Below are positions 52,582-62,396 of a DNA stretch of 64,000 bases, one piece after another; within the stretch, counting starts at the first letter, position 1; every line of letters begins with the position of its first letter. The position numbers and the translations under genes were made by a program. The notes under the pieces were generated by a model. The model ran no database searches. It worked only from the letters and a program-made list of their open reading frames with translations, and was not told the origin of the DNA. The stretch comes from an uncultured Pelagibacteraceae bacterium (GTDB taxonomy: Bacteria > Pseudomonadota > Alphaproteobacteria > Pelagibacterales > Pelagibacteraceae). Where the stretch lies: NCBI GenBank assembly GCA_902596045.1, contig CACJSJ010000001.1, forward strand, positions 136,351 to 200,350, read 5' to 3'.

Positions 52582-53562
52582 ATGAAGGAACAATTATTAA
52601 CAAAAAAAATTCTTAATTGGTATGATTTAAATAAAAGATCATTACCGTGGCGAAAAAATGTTTCTTTGCAAAAAAGACAGTATTACACGTTAGTAAGTGA
52701 ATTTATGTTACAACAAACACAGGTTGCAACAGTAATACCTTTTTTCAATAGATTTATAAAAAATATTCCAACCTTAAAATTATTGGCTAAAGTCCAAAAT
52801 AAAAAACTACTTAAACTTTGGGAGGGTCTGGGATATTACTCTAGGGCAAAGAACTTAAAAAAAACTGCGCAAACTGTTACTAAAAATTTTAAGGGAAAAA
52901 TTCCTAACAATTATGAAGATTTGTTATCTTTACCAGGTGTAGGAAATTATACAGCAAGTGCTATTTTAGCGATAGCATTTAACAAGCCTTATATTCCATT
53001 AGATGGAAATATAGAAAGAGTTTTGAAACGATATTTGTATTTAAAAAAAGAGAAGGATATACAAAAAGATAATCTTATTAAAAAAAAATCTATATTTGGA
53101 ACATCGTCAAGATCCAGTGATTACGCTCAAGCTCTAATGGAATTAGGAGCATTAATTTGCAAACCAACTAATCCTTTGTGTAATCAATGTCCTATTTCAA
53201 AAAACTGCAAGTCATTACAAAAGAAAGATTTTAATTTAACAAAAAATAATAAAAAAAATATAGATAAGTATTTTCTTTTAAAAGTTTACAAAAAAGATCA
53301 AAATTATTTATTAATTAAAAATACTAAATTTAATTTCTTAAAAAATTTAACAATATTTCCTATGGAAGAATTATCCAAACCAAAAAATTTTAATAAAAAT
53401 TTAAACTTTAAAATGTCTAATATGAATATGAATATAGAGATCAAATATCTAAAAAATAGTAGAAAATTCCAGTCACCTTATTGGATTGATGAAAAAAAAT
53501 TACACAGTTACATGCTACCTTCGTTTACAAAAAAAATTGTTAAATATTTGGAAAAAAATTGA
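52582..53562 (+). CDS. mutY: A/G-specific adenine glycosylase (probable start MKEQLL)
   Basis: RSLPWR, SEFMLQQT, WEGLGYY, LPGVGNYTA, FCL cysteines CKPTNPLCNQCPISKNC. Confidence 0.95.
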   Translation: MKEQLLTKKILNWYDLNKRSLPWRKNVSLQKRQYYTLVSEFMLQQTQVATVIPFFNRFIKNIPTLKLLAKVQNKKLLKLWEGLGYYSRAKNLKKTAQTVTKNFKGKIPNNYEDLLSLPGVGNYTASAILAIAFNKPYIPLDGNIERVLKRYLYLKKEKDIQKDNLIKKKSIFGTSSRSSDYAQALMELGALICKPTNPLCNQCPISKNCKSLQKKDFNLTKNNKKNIDKYFLLKVYKKDQNYLLIKNTKFNFLKNLTIFPMEELSKPKNFNKNLNFKMSNMNMNIEIKYLKNSRKFQSPYWIDEKKLHSYMLPSFTKKIVKYLEKN

Positions 53563-54707
53563 TGAAAAAAGTAGCCATCATTGGAGCTGGAATTTCTGGA
53601 TTATTTATTGCAAATTTATTTAATAGAAATCCTAATTATCAAGTTTCAATCTATGAAAAAAATTCATCAGTTGCTTTAGAGGAAGGTTATGGAGTTCAAC
53701 TATCAGTAAACAGTATTAAAATTTTAAATGAAATTGGATTTGAAAAATTACAAAATAATGAAAAATTCAATCCTGAAAAAATAAATTTTTATTCAAGTAA
53801 GAGCTTAAAAAAAATATGTGAATTAGATATTGCAAATTTCAACTCAGAAGACTGTAAATATACCACTTTAAAAAGATCTACATTAATTAATTTTTTAAAA
53901 AAAGATTTGAGAGAATATATAAAAACTGGCTACAATATTTCAAAAATAGACCAACAAGATAAACAAATAAAAATTTCTTTTGAAAATGGAGAGACAATAG
54001 AATGTGATTATTTAATTATTTCTGATGGTGTTTTTTCAAAAAGTAAAAGTCTTATTTCTAAGAGTGAAACTAAACCTAAATACAATAACACATTAGCAAT
54101 TAGAGGTATTTTAACAAAATCTCTTGAATCCATTGATGATAAAAATATTTCTTTATTTTTAGGTCCAGACTTTCATCATGTAATTTATCCAGTGAGCCCA
54201 AATGGAGACTTAAATTTTATAGCTATAATGAAATACCACTTGTCAGAAGAAGATCAAAAAAACTACTCACTATTCAGTGATAATACTTTTATTAAAAAAG
54301 TATTACATAAAATTCCTTTAGAAAATAAAGATTTTTTAGATGATCTTAAAGAATTAAAAATATTTCCAGTATTTATAAGTGGCGATTTCCATAAATTACA
54401 AATTAATAATGTTCATTTAATTGGTGATGCTTTTTTTGCATTCCCACCTTCATTTGCCCAGGGTGCATCACAGTCAATTGAAGGTGCTTATGAGTTATTT
54501 AAAAGCATTGGAAATAATACAGAAAGTAATTTTTTTAAGAATAGAGTTAAAAAAACAAAAATGGTAAATATTAGATCAAAATTTAATCAGTTTTCTTTTC
54601 ATTTATCCAATCCTTTAACCACATTTGCTAGAAACATTTTATTAAAAAGATTAGTAAAAAATAAAAAATTTTTAGAATCTTACTTGGGAAAAATTTATCA
54701 GAATTAG
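53559..54707 (+). CDS. FAD-dependent monooxygenase (salicylate hydroxylase-like)
   Basis: GAGISG, SDG..S, IGDA....P...QGA. Confidence 0.85.
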   Translation: MMKKVAIIGAGISGLFIANLFNRNPNYQVSIYEKNSSVALEEGYGVQLSVNSIKILNEIGFEKLQNNEKFNPEKINFYSSKSLKKICELDIANFNSEDCKYTTLKRSTLINFLKKDLREYIKTGYNISKIDQQDKQIKISFENGETIECDYLIISDGVFSKSKSLISKSETKPKYNNTLAIRGILTKSLESIDDKNISLFLGPDFHHVIYPVSPNGDLNFIAIMKYHLSEEDQKNYSLFSDNTFIKKVLHKIPLENKDFLDDLKELKIFPVFISGDFHKLQINNVHLIGDAFFAFPPSFAQGASQSIEGAYELFKSIGNNTESNFFKNRVKKTKMVNIRSKFNQFSFHLSNPLTTFARNILLKRLVKNKKFLESYLGKIYQN

Positions 54708-55774
54708 CGATTGTTAACCAATCTTTGTCTTAAATGATCGATTGGAACCACTGAACCATTTAGATTGTAATGCCAATAAGTCCATCCATTACAACTTTCA
54801 GCTCCAAGTATTGTAGCTGCTACTTTATGAATTGAGCCCTCTGTTTGTGCATGTTTAATACTGCCATCAGCCATTATTTTTGCACTGATTTTCTTTTTAT
54901 TGTCAAAAATGGTTGTACCTGGCTTTATTATTCCTAATTCAACCAATGAACCAAAAGGTATTCTCGGTTTAGATCTATTATTTTTTAAAGTATCCAAGTA
55001 ATCGTCTTCAATTGGTTTTGTATTTTTTAGTCTGTGCTCTGAAGCTTTAAAATAAGCTTTTTCCTTCTCTATACCGTAATAATTTCTACCTAATTTCTTA
55101 GCAACCGTTGCTGTTGTTCCAGAACCTAAAAAGGGGTCTAAAACTAAATCATTTTTATTGGATGTTGCTAATAAAATTCTATGAAGTAGTGCCTCAGGTT
55201 TCTGAGTAGAATGCACTTTTTTTCCATTCTTTTTAAGTCTTTCTGACCCATTACAAATTGGCAGATCCCAATTAGATCTCATTTGAAGATCATCATTTAA
55301 GCATTTTAAAGATTGATAATTAAAAGTGTATTTTGATTTTTCAGATTTTGATGCCCATATTAAAGTTTCATGAGCATTAGTAAATCGAGTACCTCTAAAG
55401 TTTGGCATAGGATTTTTTTTATTCCAAATAACATCATTCAAAATCCAAAAGCCTAAATTTTGAATTGCAGTGCCAACTCTAAAAATATTATGGTAACTAC
55501 CAATTACCCAAATTGCTCCATCTTTCTTTAAAATTCTTTTGCATTCACTTAGCCAGGCATATGTAAAAGCATCATATTTTTTAAAACTTTCAAATTGATC
55601 CCATTTATCGTTTACTGCACTTACTTTGGATCTATCGGGTCTGGTCAACTCGTTTTTTAATTGTAAGTTATAAGGTGGATCTGCAAAAACTAAGTCAAAT
55701 GACTCATCAGGAATTTTTTTTAATTCCTCTAAACTGTCTCCATTAATTAATTTATTTTTAAATTTTTGGTTCAT
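54704..55774 (-). CDS. ccrM: Cell-cycle-regulated GANTC adenine methyltransferase CcrM (probable start MNQKF)
   Basis: DPPYNLQL, PMPNFRGTRFTNAHET, HSTQKP, DPFLGSGTT, C-terminal GSIH..CNGWTYW domain. Confidence 0.95.
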   Translation of the reverse strand: MNQKFKNKLINGDSLEELKKIPDESFDLVFADPPYNLQLKNELTRPDRSKVSAVNDKWDQFESFKKYDAFTYAWLSECKRILKKDGAIWVIGSYHNIFRVGTAIQNLGFWILNDVIWNKKNPMPNFRGTRFTNAHETLIWASKSEKSKYTFNYQSLKCLNDDLQMRSNWDLPICNGSERLKKNGKKVHSTQKPEALLHRILLATSNKNDLVLDPFLGSGTTATVAKKLGRNYYGIEKEKAYFKASEHRLKNTKPIEDDYLDTLKNNRSKPRIPFGSLVELGIIKPGTTIFDNKKKISAKIMADGSIKHAQTEGSIHKVAATILGAESCNGWTYWHYNLNGSVVPIDHLRQRLVNNR

Positions 55775-55790
55775 TTGTAAAAACAAATTA

Positions 55791-55839
55791 GACTCGAAAA
55801 AGATTCTTCGGTCAACCTACGATTGAATTATTTAGATTC
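55791..55839. promoter_or_regulatory. Three GANTC sites upstream of ccrM
   Basis: GACTC 55791, GATTC 55802, GATTC 55835. Confidence 0.6.
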
Positions 55840-55863
55840 TATTAGTGTAAGAATATTTTGAGA

Positions 55864-55879
55864 TAACAATATCTAGTGT
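55864..55879. promoter_or_regulatory. NrdR-box-like palindrome
   Basis: Minus strand ACACTAGATATTGTTA versus consensus acaCwAtATaTwGtgt. Confidence 0.45.
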
Positions 55880-55892
55880 TTCTACGTGAAAC

Positions 55893-56457
55893 CTATAGCA
55901 TTTTATTTATTGGTGAAAATGTTTTTCTATGTTGGCTTGTAATTCCTAAACTTTTTTATAGCTTTTAAATGTTGTTTTGTTCCATATCCATAATTTTGAT
56001 CCCAATAATAACCCTTAAATTTTTTTGCTATTTTAGTAATCATTTTATCACGGGCAACTTTAGCAACAATTGAGGCTGCGGAGATTGATGGTATTTTTTG
56101 ATCACCCTTTATTATCGATCTAAGATTATAATTCTCTATTACTGGCACTTTATTTCCATCTATAAAAATATGAGTAGGTTTTTTTTTAAGTTTTTTAATA
56201 GCTCTTTTCATTGCAAGTAAACTTGCCTGCAAAATATTAATTTTCTCTATTTCTTTGACCGATGCAGTACCAATAGCCCAAATAGAGTTTTTTTTTATAT
56301 AATTAGATAATATCTTTCTTTTTTCCTTAGCAATAGTCTTTGAGTCTTTTAATAATTTTTTGTTAATTGATTTATTTAAAATTACTGCAGCAGCATATAC
56401 TGGTCCAATTAAACTGCCTCGACCGACTTCATCAACACCAGCAATAATTTTCATCAA
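55893..56457 (-). CDS. rnhB: Ribonuclease HII with a +1 frameshift near the 3' end
   Basis: GVDEVGRG, DSK, DG, ISAASIVAKV; conserved tail GITSQHRKTFSPI lies in the +1 frame and ends at 55893. Confidence 0.9.
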
Positions 56458-57173
56458 ATTTTGATATTTAATTCTTGAATTTTCTTTTTAATATTTTTTA
56501 AATCCTCCCAAGAAAATTTTTTATTTTCAGGAAATCTAATTAAGTAAGATGGATTAAAAGTAATCATTAATGGATAAGTTTTATTTTTTAAAATAATTTC
56601 TTTCCATTTACCTCTCTCGTTAGAAATTTTTTCGTTAGAAGAAATGACTGATTCCATTGCAGTGCTTCCAAATAAAATGATAATTTTAGGATCTATAATT
56701 GATATCAGTTCCTTTAAAAAAACAGAGTATCTTTTTATTTCTTGAGATGTAGGTTTTCTATCCTCTGGTGGCCTAAAATTGACTGCATAACTTGAATAAA
56801 TACTTTTCTTCTTTATATCAATTGCTAGCAGCATTTTTTCTAACAAAGCACCCGTCTCCCCTTGAAAAGTTTTACCAGCTTTTTCCTCTTCTACTCCAGG
56901 AGCCTCACCAATAATCATAATTGGACTATTAATATTTCCATCACCCAAAATAAGAGGTTTTGAATTTTTTTTTAAATTACAATTTTGGATTGAATCAATT
57001 AGTTTTTTTAGTTCATTTATTTGGTCAATCTTATTTAAACTTTTATTATTATTATTTATCTCATCAAATTTAAATCTATTTAATGGTTTTTTACTAAATA
57101 TGAAATTTGGTTCTATTGAATTTATCAATTCTTCTCTATATGACATACTCTGAAAAGAAGATTTTTTGCTCAT
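56454..57173 (-). CDS. Uracil-DNA glycosylase (family 4-like)
   Basis: IGEAPG..E....F.G..G.LL, RPP.DR.P. Confidence 0.88.
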   Translation of the reverse strand: MSKKSSFQSMSYREELINSIEPNFIFSKKPLNRFKFDEINNNNKSLNKIDQINELKKLIDSIQNCNLKKNSKPLILGDGNINSPIMIIGEAPGVEEEKAGKTFQGETGALLEKMLLAIDIKKKSIYSSYAVNFRPPEDRKPTSQEIKRYSVFLKELISIIDPKIIILFGSTAMESVISSNEKISNERGKWKEIILKNKTYPLMITFNPSYLIRFPENKKFSWEDLKNIKKKIQELNIKI

Positions 57174-57181
57174 AATATTTA

Positions 57182-58867
57182 ATGTTAAATAAAAAAACTA
57201 TAATTTTATTATTTTCACTACTATTGTATCAGAGCCCGCTGTTATCTAAAAGTAATAGTTTTGATGAATTTAATTCAAAAAATTTATCAAAATATTTTTC
57301 GGGTATAGTTGCTTTTGAAAACAAAAAAAATTCTGAAGCTCTAGATTTTTTTGAATCCTCTAAAATTTTAATAAATCAACATGATCGATATTTAGAAAGG
57401 TTTGTTATGTCCTTAGTTTTTGAGGGTAAAGTAGCGAAAGCTATAAATGTTATTAAAAGTAATCAAAAAAAAAAAAATTCTGATTTTTTTGAAGCTTACA
57501 TTTTGTTGGCACTAGATAGTCTTAAAAAAGATAATGTTAATAAAGCCATAAAAATTCTATCAGAAGCCCCAGAACGTCTGCAAAAAGATCGTTTTAATTT
57601 TATTATCTTAAATTTACTTAAACAATATTTTGATGTTTTTAATTATAAAAAAATTAAAAAAGAAAATCAGAAATTTGGAGATTTATCATCTATTACCGAA
57701 ACTTTTCAAAGATGTTTTTTAAATGACAAGAATACGGGTCCTTCTTTTTCAAATTTAATTAATAACAACAAGGCAGATTATTCGAGATATATTTATTTTT
57801 ATTTAACTTATTTAATAGATAAAAATCAAATAGAGAAAGCAAAATCAATAACTGATAAATTAAATTATATTAATACAACTTTATTACTATCACAGGGAAA
57901 AAGTTGGATAGAAAGAAATGAATTTAAAGAATTCGGTAAAGTTTTTTCATGTGATAATCCTAATGACATTATAGGAGAGTTTTTATTTCTTATTTCAAAT
58001 CTTTACTCATCACAAAATGAGTTTGAAAAATCAAATTTTTATTTGAACTTATCTACCTATTTAAATCCTAAATTTGTTTTTAATTTATCGCTGGTTGCAG
58101 AAAATTTATATCTTAATAAAAATTATGAAAAATCTAAAACGATCTTAAAAAATTTTGATAAAAATCAAGATTTTTATTACTGGTATAGAGTTAAAAAAGA
58201 GGCTCAAATAATTTCAAAAACTAGCAACAAAAAAGAAGCTTTAAATTATATTACTTTTAAATTTGATAAGATTGAAAACCCAAATAATAAATTCATTTTT
58301 GATATTGCAAATTTTTATAAAAATTCAGAGGAATATAAGCTTGCAATAAAATATTATTCATTAATTATTGATTCTTTAGATGATGAAAACAAAGTGAAAG
58401 CAAATTTATTATACCGAAGAGGTGGAAGTTTTGAGAGATTGAAGGATTACACAAGTGCTGATAGAGACTTGCGACATTCTTTAAAAATTAATCCTGATGA
58501 TGCTTTTGTTCTAAACTATTTAGCTTATTCTTGGCTTGAAAGAGATTATAAAATTAATGAGGCAATTGAAATGCTTGAAGAAGCTTATTCAAAAAAAAGT
58601 GATGATCCTTATATTATAGATTCAATAGGTTGGGCTTATTATCTAATTGATGATTTTAATAAAGCAGAAAATTTTTTAATAAGAGCAGTTCAATTGATGC
58701 CGGACGATCCAATTGTTATTGATCATTATGGTGATATTCTATGGAAACTGAATAGAAAAATACAAGCAAGATATTTTTGGTTGATGGTTTTAGATATGGA
58801 CGATGCAGAACAAAAATTAAAAGACAATATTGAAAATAAGTTAATTGATGGACCAAAAAACTCTTGA
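57182..58867 (+). CDS. Exported TPR protein
   Basis: Signal peptide; LNYLAYSW, DSIGWAYY, DHYGDILW repeats; conserved position upstream of ispE. Confidence 0.88.
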   Translation: MLNKKTIILLFSLLLYQSPLLSKSNSFDEFNSKNLSKYFSGIVAFENKKNSEALDFFESSKILINQHDRYLERFVMSLVFEGKVAKAINVIKSNQKKKNSDFFEAYILLALDSLKKDNVNKAIKILSEAPERLQKDRFNFIILNLLKQYFDVFNYKKIKKENQKFGDLSSITETFQRCFLNDKNTGPSFSNLINNNKADYSRYIYFYLTYLIDKNQIEKAKSITDKLNYINTTLLLSQGKSWIERNEFKEFGKVFSCDNPNDIIGEFLFLISNLYSSQNEFEKSNFYLNLSTYLNPKFVFNLSLVAENLYLNKNYEKSKTILKNFDKNQDFYYWYRVKKEAQIISKTSNKKEALNYITFKFDKIENPNNKFIFDIANFYKNSEEYKLAIKYYSLIIDSLDDENKVKANLLYRRGGSFERLKDYTSADRDLRHSLKINPDDAFVLNYLAYSWLERDYKINEAIEMLEEAYSKKSDDPYIIDSIGWAYYLIDDFNKAENFLIRAVQLMPDDPIVIDHYGDILWKLNRKIQARYFWLMVLDMDDAEQKLKDNIENKLIDGPKNS

Positions 58868-59709
58868 TGAGTTATTCTAAAATTAAATCATATGCTAAGA
58901 TTAATTCAGCTCTAAACATAGTTGGTAAAAAAAACTCAATGCATAAAATAGAGAGTGTAGTTAGTTTTTTAAATTTACATGATGAAATATTGATTAAAAA
59001 AATTAAAAATAAAAATCATAGAATAAAATTTTTTGGAAAATTTTCTTCAAATATAAAATCAGACAACACTGTTTCTCAGTTATTCAAAATTATTGATACA
59101 AAAAAGCTTTTAAAAGATAAATATCAAATTATCATAAAAAAAAATATTCCATCAAAATCTGGTCTTGGAGGTGGATCTATGAATGCAGCTGCCATTTTAA
59201 ATTTTTTGATTAAAAAAAAATTAATTAAAGTTTCAAATAAAGATAAAATAAAAATAACAAATTTAATTGGGTCAGACGTTAAATTGGGAATATATTCAAA
59301 AAATTTAATCTTAAAGTCAAACAATTTAATCAAAACTTTTTCAGTTAAAAAAAAAGTTTCTGTTTTAATAGCAAAACCAAATTTTGGATGTTCTACTAAA
59401 AAAATTTATTCTGAAGTTAAAAAATTTACCAAAGAGAGATTTTCACGTCCTTCTAAAAAAATGTTTAGCTTAAAATTCTTAAAAAATATGAAAAATGATT
59501 TAGAATTATTAGCATTAAAAAAATACTCAAAATTGATTACTTTAAAAAATTTTTTGGAAAAATTATCAAATGTTGAGTTTGTAAGAATGACTGGTTCTGG
59601 TTCAGCAATTATTGCTTATTTTAATTCAGATAAAAAGTGCAAGGAGGCTGAAAAAAAAGTTAATAAGCAATTTAGAAATTATTGGTGCAAGACATCAAAA
59701 ACTATATAA
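58867..59709 (+). CDS. ispE: 4-(CDP)-2-C-methyl-D-erythritol kinase
   Basis: AKIN, IP..SGLGGGS, GSDV, MTGSGS. Confidence 0.93.
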   Translation: MSYSKIKSYAKINSALNIVGKKNSMHKIESVVSFLNLHDEILIKKIKNKNHRIKFFGKFSSNIKSDNTVSQLFKIIDTKKLLKDKYQIIIKKNIPSKSGLGGGSMNAAAILNFLIKKKLIKVSNKDKIKITNLIGSDVKLGIYSKNLILKSNNLIKTFSVKKKVSVLIAKPNFGCSTKKIYSEVKKFTKERFSRPSKKMFSLKFLKNMKNDLELLALKKYSKLITLKNFLEKLSNVEFVRMTGSGSAIIAYFNSDKKCKEAEKKVNKQFRNYWCKTSKTI

Positions 59710-59742
59710 ATTTATTTTTTTTGTGTTATACGATGATGATAT

Positions 59743-59816
59743 TGGGGCGTAGCCAAGTGGTAAGGCACGGGTTTTTGGTACCTGCATCCTAGGTTCGAAT
59801 CCTAGCGCCCCAGCCA
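59743..59816 (+). tRNA. tRNA-Gln(TTG) with encoded CCA
   Basis: Acceptor stem TGGGGCG/CGCCCCA, anticodon loop TTTTGGT, T-loop GGTTCGAATCC, 3' GCCA. Confidence 0.97.
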
Positions 59817-59819
59817 AAT

Positions 59820-61094
59820 ATGATTAACTTTTTAAATAAATTTATAAAAAGAACCAACAATCTTGATTATGTTTCTAAAACTATAAAAGATTTATCAAAA
59901 GATCCATCTGCAAAAAAAATTTTTGACGCAATAAATGAATACTCATCCAGTAGTGAAATTAGATATGTTGGTGGTTGTATTAGAAAGATCATTCAAAAGG
60001 AAATAGTTGATGATATTGATCTTGCTACCAATTTAAATCCTATGCAGGTTTGTGATGCACTTAAAAATAACAATATTAATTATTACGAAACAGGAATAGA
60101 TCATGGCACAATAACTGCCGTTATAAAAGATTACAAATTTGAAATAACAAGTTTAAGAGAAGATATAAATACTGATGGTAGGCATGCAGAGGTTAAATTT
60201 TCCACTGATTGGAAAAAAGATGCTTCAAGAAGAGATTTTACAATCAATTCAATTTACTCTGATCTTGAGGGAAATTTATTTGATCCTTTTAATGGAAAAG
60301 AAGATTTAGAAAATGGTATTATAAAATTTATTGGTGATACAGAACAAAGAATTAAAGAAGATTATCTAAGAATACTCCGTTATTTAAGATTTTATTTAAG
60401 TTACTCAAAAGAAAAACATGATTTAAAAACCTCAAAATTAATTAAAAAAAATATAGTAGGTATTTCCAACCTATCTAAAGAAAGGTTATTAGATGAATTA
60501 CAAAAATTTGTGAAATCAAATATATTAACAAAACTTTCAAATGATGAATTGTCAGTAGAATTATTTCAAAATATCTTTCCCCAAATTAAAAAGATCAATT
60601 TATTTTCAAATCCCAATCCATTTGCAAAAATTAAGCTTAAAGAAGCAGATTTTATATTTTTATTATCTGTTTTAATAATTGATGGATCAGATAATACAGA
60701 TTACTTTATTTACAAATTCAACATTTCTAAAAAAGATCAAAAACGACTAAAGATTATCGATAATTTTTATAAAGAAAAAATTACTACAAAATCTTTTTCA
60801 GAAAAAAATCTTAATAAAGTTTTTCATTACCATGGAAAACAGTCTGTCGTAGATATTTTAAGCTATAGGATTTTTACTTCAAAAAAAGTTGATAAAAAAA
60901 TACTTAATTTGATAAGTGAGTTTCAATCAAAAATTTTTCCTACTATGCCTATTAGTGGTAAAGATTTGATGGAAAAGTATAATTTTCCAGAAGGAAAAAA
61001 CCTTGGAAATAAACTTAAGATTATTGAGGAAGAATGGGTAAATAATAATTTTGAATTAACAGATAAACAAATTAATAAAATTATAAATCATTAA
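59820..61094 (+). CDS. cca: CCA-adding tRNA nucleotidyltransferase
   Basis: [27 protein letters not shown]. Confidence 0.92.
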   Translation: MINFLNKFIKRTNNLDYVSKTIKDLSKDPSAKKIFDAINEYSSSSEIRYVGGCIRKIIQKEIVDDIDLATNLNPMQVCDALKNNNINYYETGIDHGTITAVIKDYKFEITSLREDINTDGRHAEVKFSTDWKKDASRRDFTINSIYSDLEGNLFDPFNGKEDLENGIIKFIGDTEQRIKEDYLRILRYLRFYLSYSKEKHDLKTSKLIKKNIVGISNLSKERLLDELQKFVKSNILTKLSNDELSVELFQNIFPQIKKINLFSNPNPFAKIKLKEADFIFLLSVLIIDGSDNTDYFIYKFNISKKDQKRLKIIDNFYKEKITTKSFSEKNLNKVFHYHGKQSVVDILSYRIFTSKKVDKKILNLISEFQSKIFPTMPISGKDLMEKYNFPEGKNLGNKLKIIEEEWVNNNFELTDKQINKIINH

Positions 61095-61567
61095 ATATAT
61101 TTAACGTCTTTTATTTCAAAATTTTTAACTCCTGCTGGTGTGTTGATCTCAACAAGTTCTTTTTTATTTTTTCCAATTAGACCTTTTCCAATTGGTGATT
61201 GGAAATAAATAAGCTTTAGTTTTAAGTCAGCTTCATCTTTCCCAACAATTTTATAATTAATTTTTTCCCCAGTATCTAAATTTTCTAAATAAACAGTAGA
61301 ACCAAAAATTACTTTACCTTCATTAACTATTTTAGTGACATCAATAACATTAGCTCTTGCAATGATACCATTTATTTCTGTAATTCTTCCTTCGTTATGT
61401 GATTGTTCTTCTTTAGCAGCATGATATTCAGCATTTTCTTTTAGGTCTCCATGAGATCTAGCTTCCGCTATAGCAGCAACAATCTTAGGTCTTTTTTTTT
61501 CTTTTAAAAAAACTAATTCCTCTTTTAATTTTTCTATTCCATTGAGTGTTATAGGCTCTTTATCCAT
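61091..61567 (-). CDS. greA: Transcription elongation factor GreA
   Basis: [18 protein letters not shown]. Confidence 0.97.
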   Translation of the reverse strand: MDKEPITLNGIEKLKEELVFLKEKKRPKIVAAIAEARSHGDLKENAEYHAAKEEQSHNEGRITEINGIIARANVIDVTKIVNEGKVIFGSTVYLENLDTGEKINYKIVGKDEADLKLKLIYFQSPIGKGLIGKNKKELVEINTPAGVKNFEIKDVKYI

Positions 61568-61568
61568 T

Positions 61569-62396
61569 TTATTTCCATTTTGCTAAAGGTGGAAGCGACA
61601 TCAAAATTCCATCTATATTTCCACCAGTTTGTAAACCAAATTTAGTTCCTCTATCATATAATAAGTTAAATTCAGTATATCTACCTCTTTTAATATATTG
61701 CATTTCCTTATCCTTAGCAGTCCATTTCTTTTTAAGTTTTTTTCTGATCATTTTGTTAAATAATATTTGAAAAGTAACACCTACATCTCTTACAAAGTTA
61801 AAGTCTTTTTCAAAATTATCTTTTTTATAGTCAAAAAATATTCCACCAATACCTCTAGATTCTTTTCGATGTACTAAATAAAAATATTCATCACATAATT
61901 TCTTATATCTTTTATAATAATTTTTATTATGTCGATCACACATTTTTTTTAACGTAAGATGAAAATCTTTTTTTTCTAACCCATCCTTTTTTGATGGAGT
62001 TACATCCATACCACCACCAAACCATTGTTGAGTAGTACATATATACCTAGTGTTAAAATGCATTGCTGGAATCAAAGGATTTTTCATATGCATTACCACC
62101 GATATTCCTGAGGCCCAAAATCTTGGATTTTTTTTTGCTCCAAGAATATTTTTTTGAAAATTCTTTGGAAATTTTCCATATACCTCTGAATAATTTACTC
62201 CAACTTTATCAAATACTTTTCCGCCCTTAAGTATTCTGTATTCACCTCCACCTTCATCTTTTTTTGAATTTTTTTTCCAAGTAGTGCATTTAAATTTTAT
62301 TTTATTTTTTTCCAAAATATTGATGTCATTACAAAATGCGTCTTGTAATAGTTTAAACCAATTACTTACCAGATCTTTCTTGATGTCTAAATCCAT
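61569..62396 (-). CDS. hemF: Oxygen-dependent coproporphyrinogen III oxidase (probable start MDLD)
   Basis: [37 protein letters not shown]. Confidence 0.95.
   Translation of the reverse strand: MDLDIKKDLVSNWFKLLQDAFCNDINILEKNKIKFKCTTWKKNSKKDEGGGEYRILKGGKVFDKVGVNYSEVYGKFPKNFQKNILGAKKNPRFWASGISVVMHMKNPLIPAMHFNTRYICTTQQWFGGGMDVTPSKKDGLEKKDFHLTLKKMCDRHNKNYYKRYKKLCDEYFYLVHRKESRGIGGIFFDYKKDNFEKDFNFVRDVGVTFQILFNKMIRKKLKKKWTAKDKEMQYIKRGRYTEFNLLYDRGTKFGLQTGGNIDGILMSLPPLAKWK

Noticed and set aside
54704-55774. Methyltransferase as part of a restriction-modification or defence system
   Set aside because: CcrM-specific motifs and C-terminal domain, conserved position next to rnhB, and no adjacent endonuclease.
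59743-59816. tRNA-Gln as an integration site
   Set aside because: No duplicated tRNA 3' end or integrase nearby; flanked by core genes.
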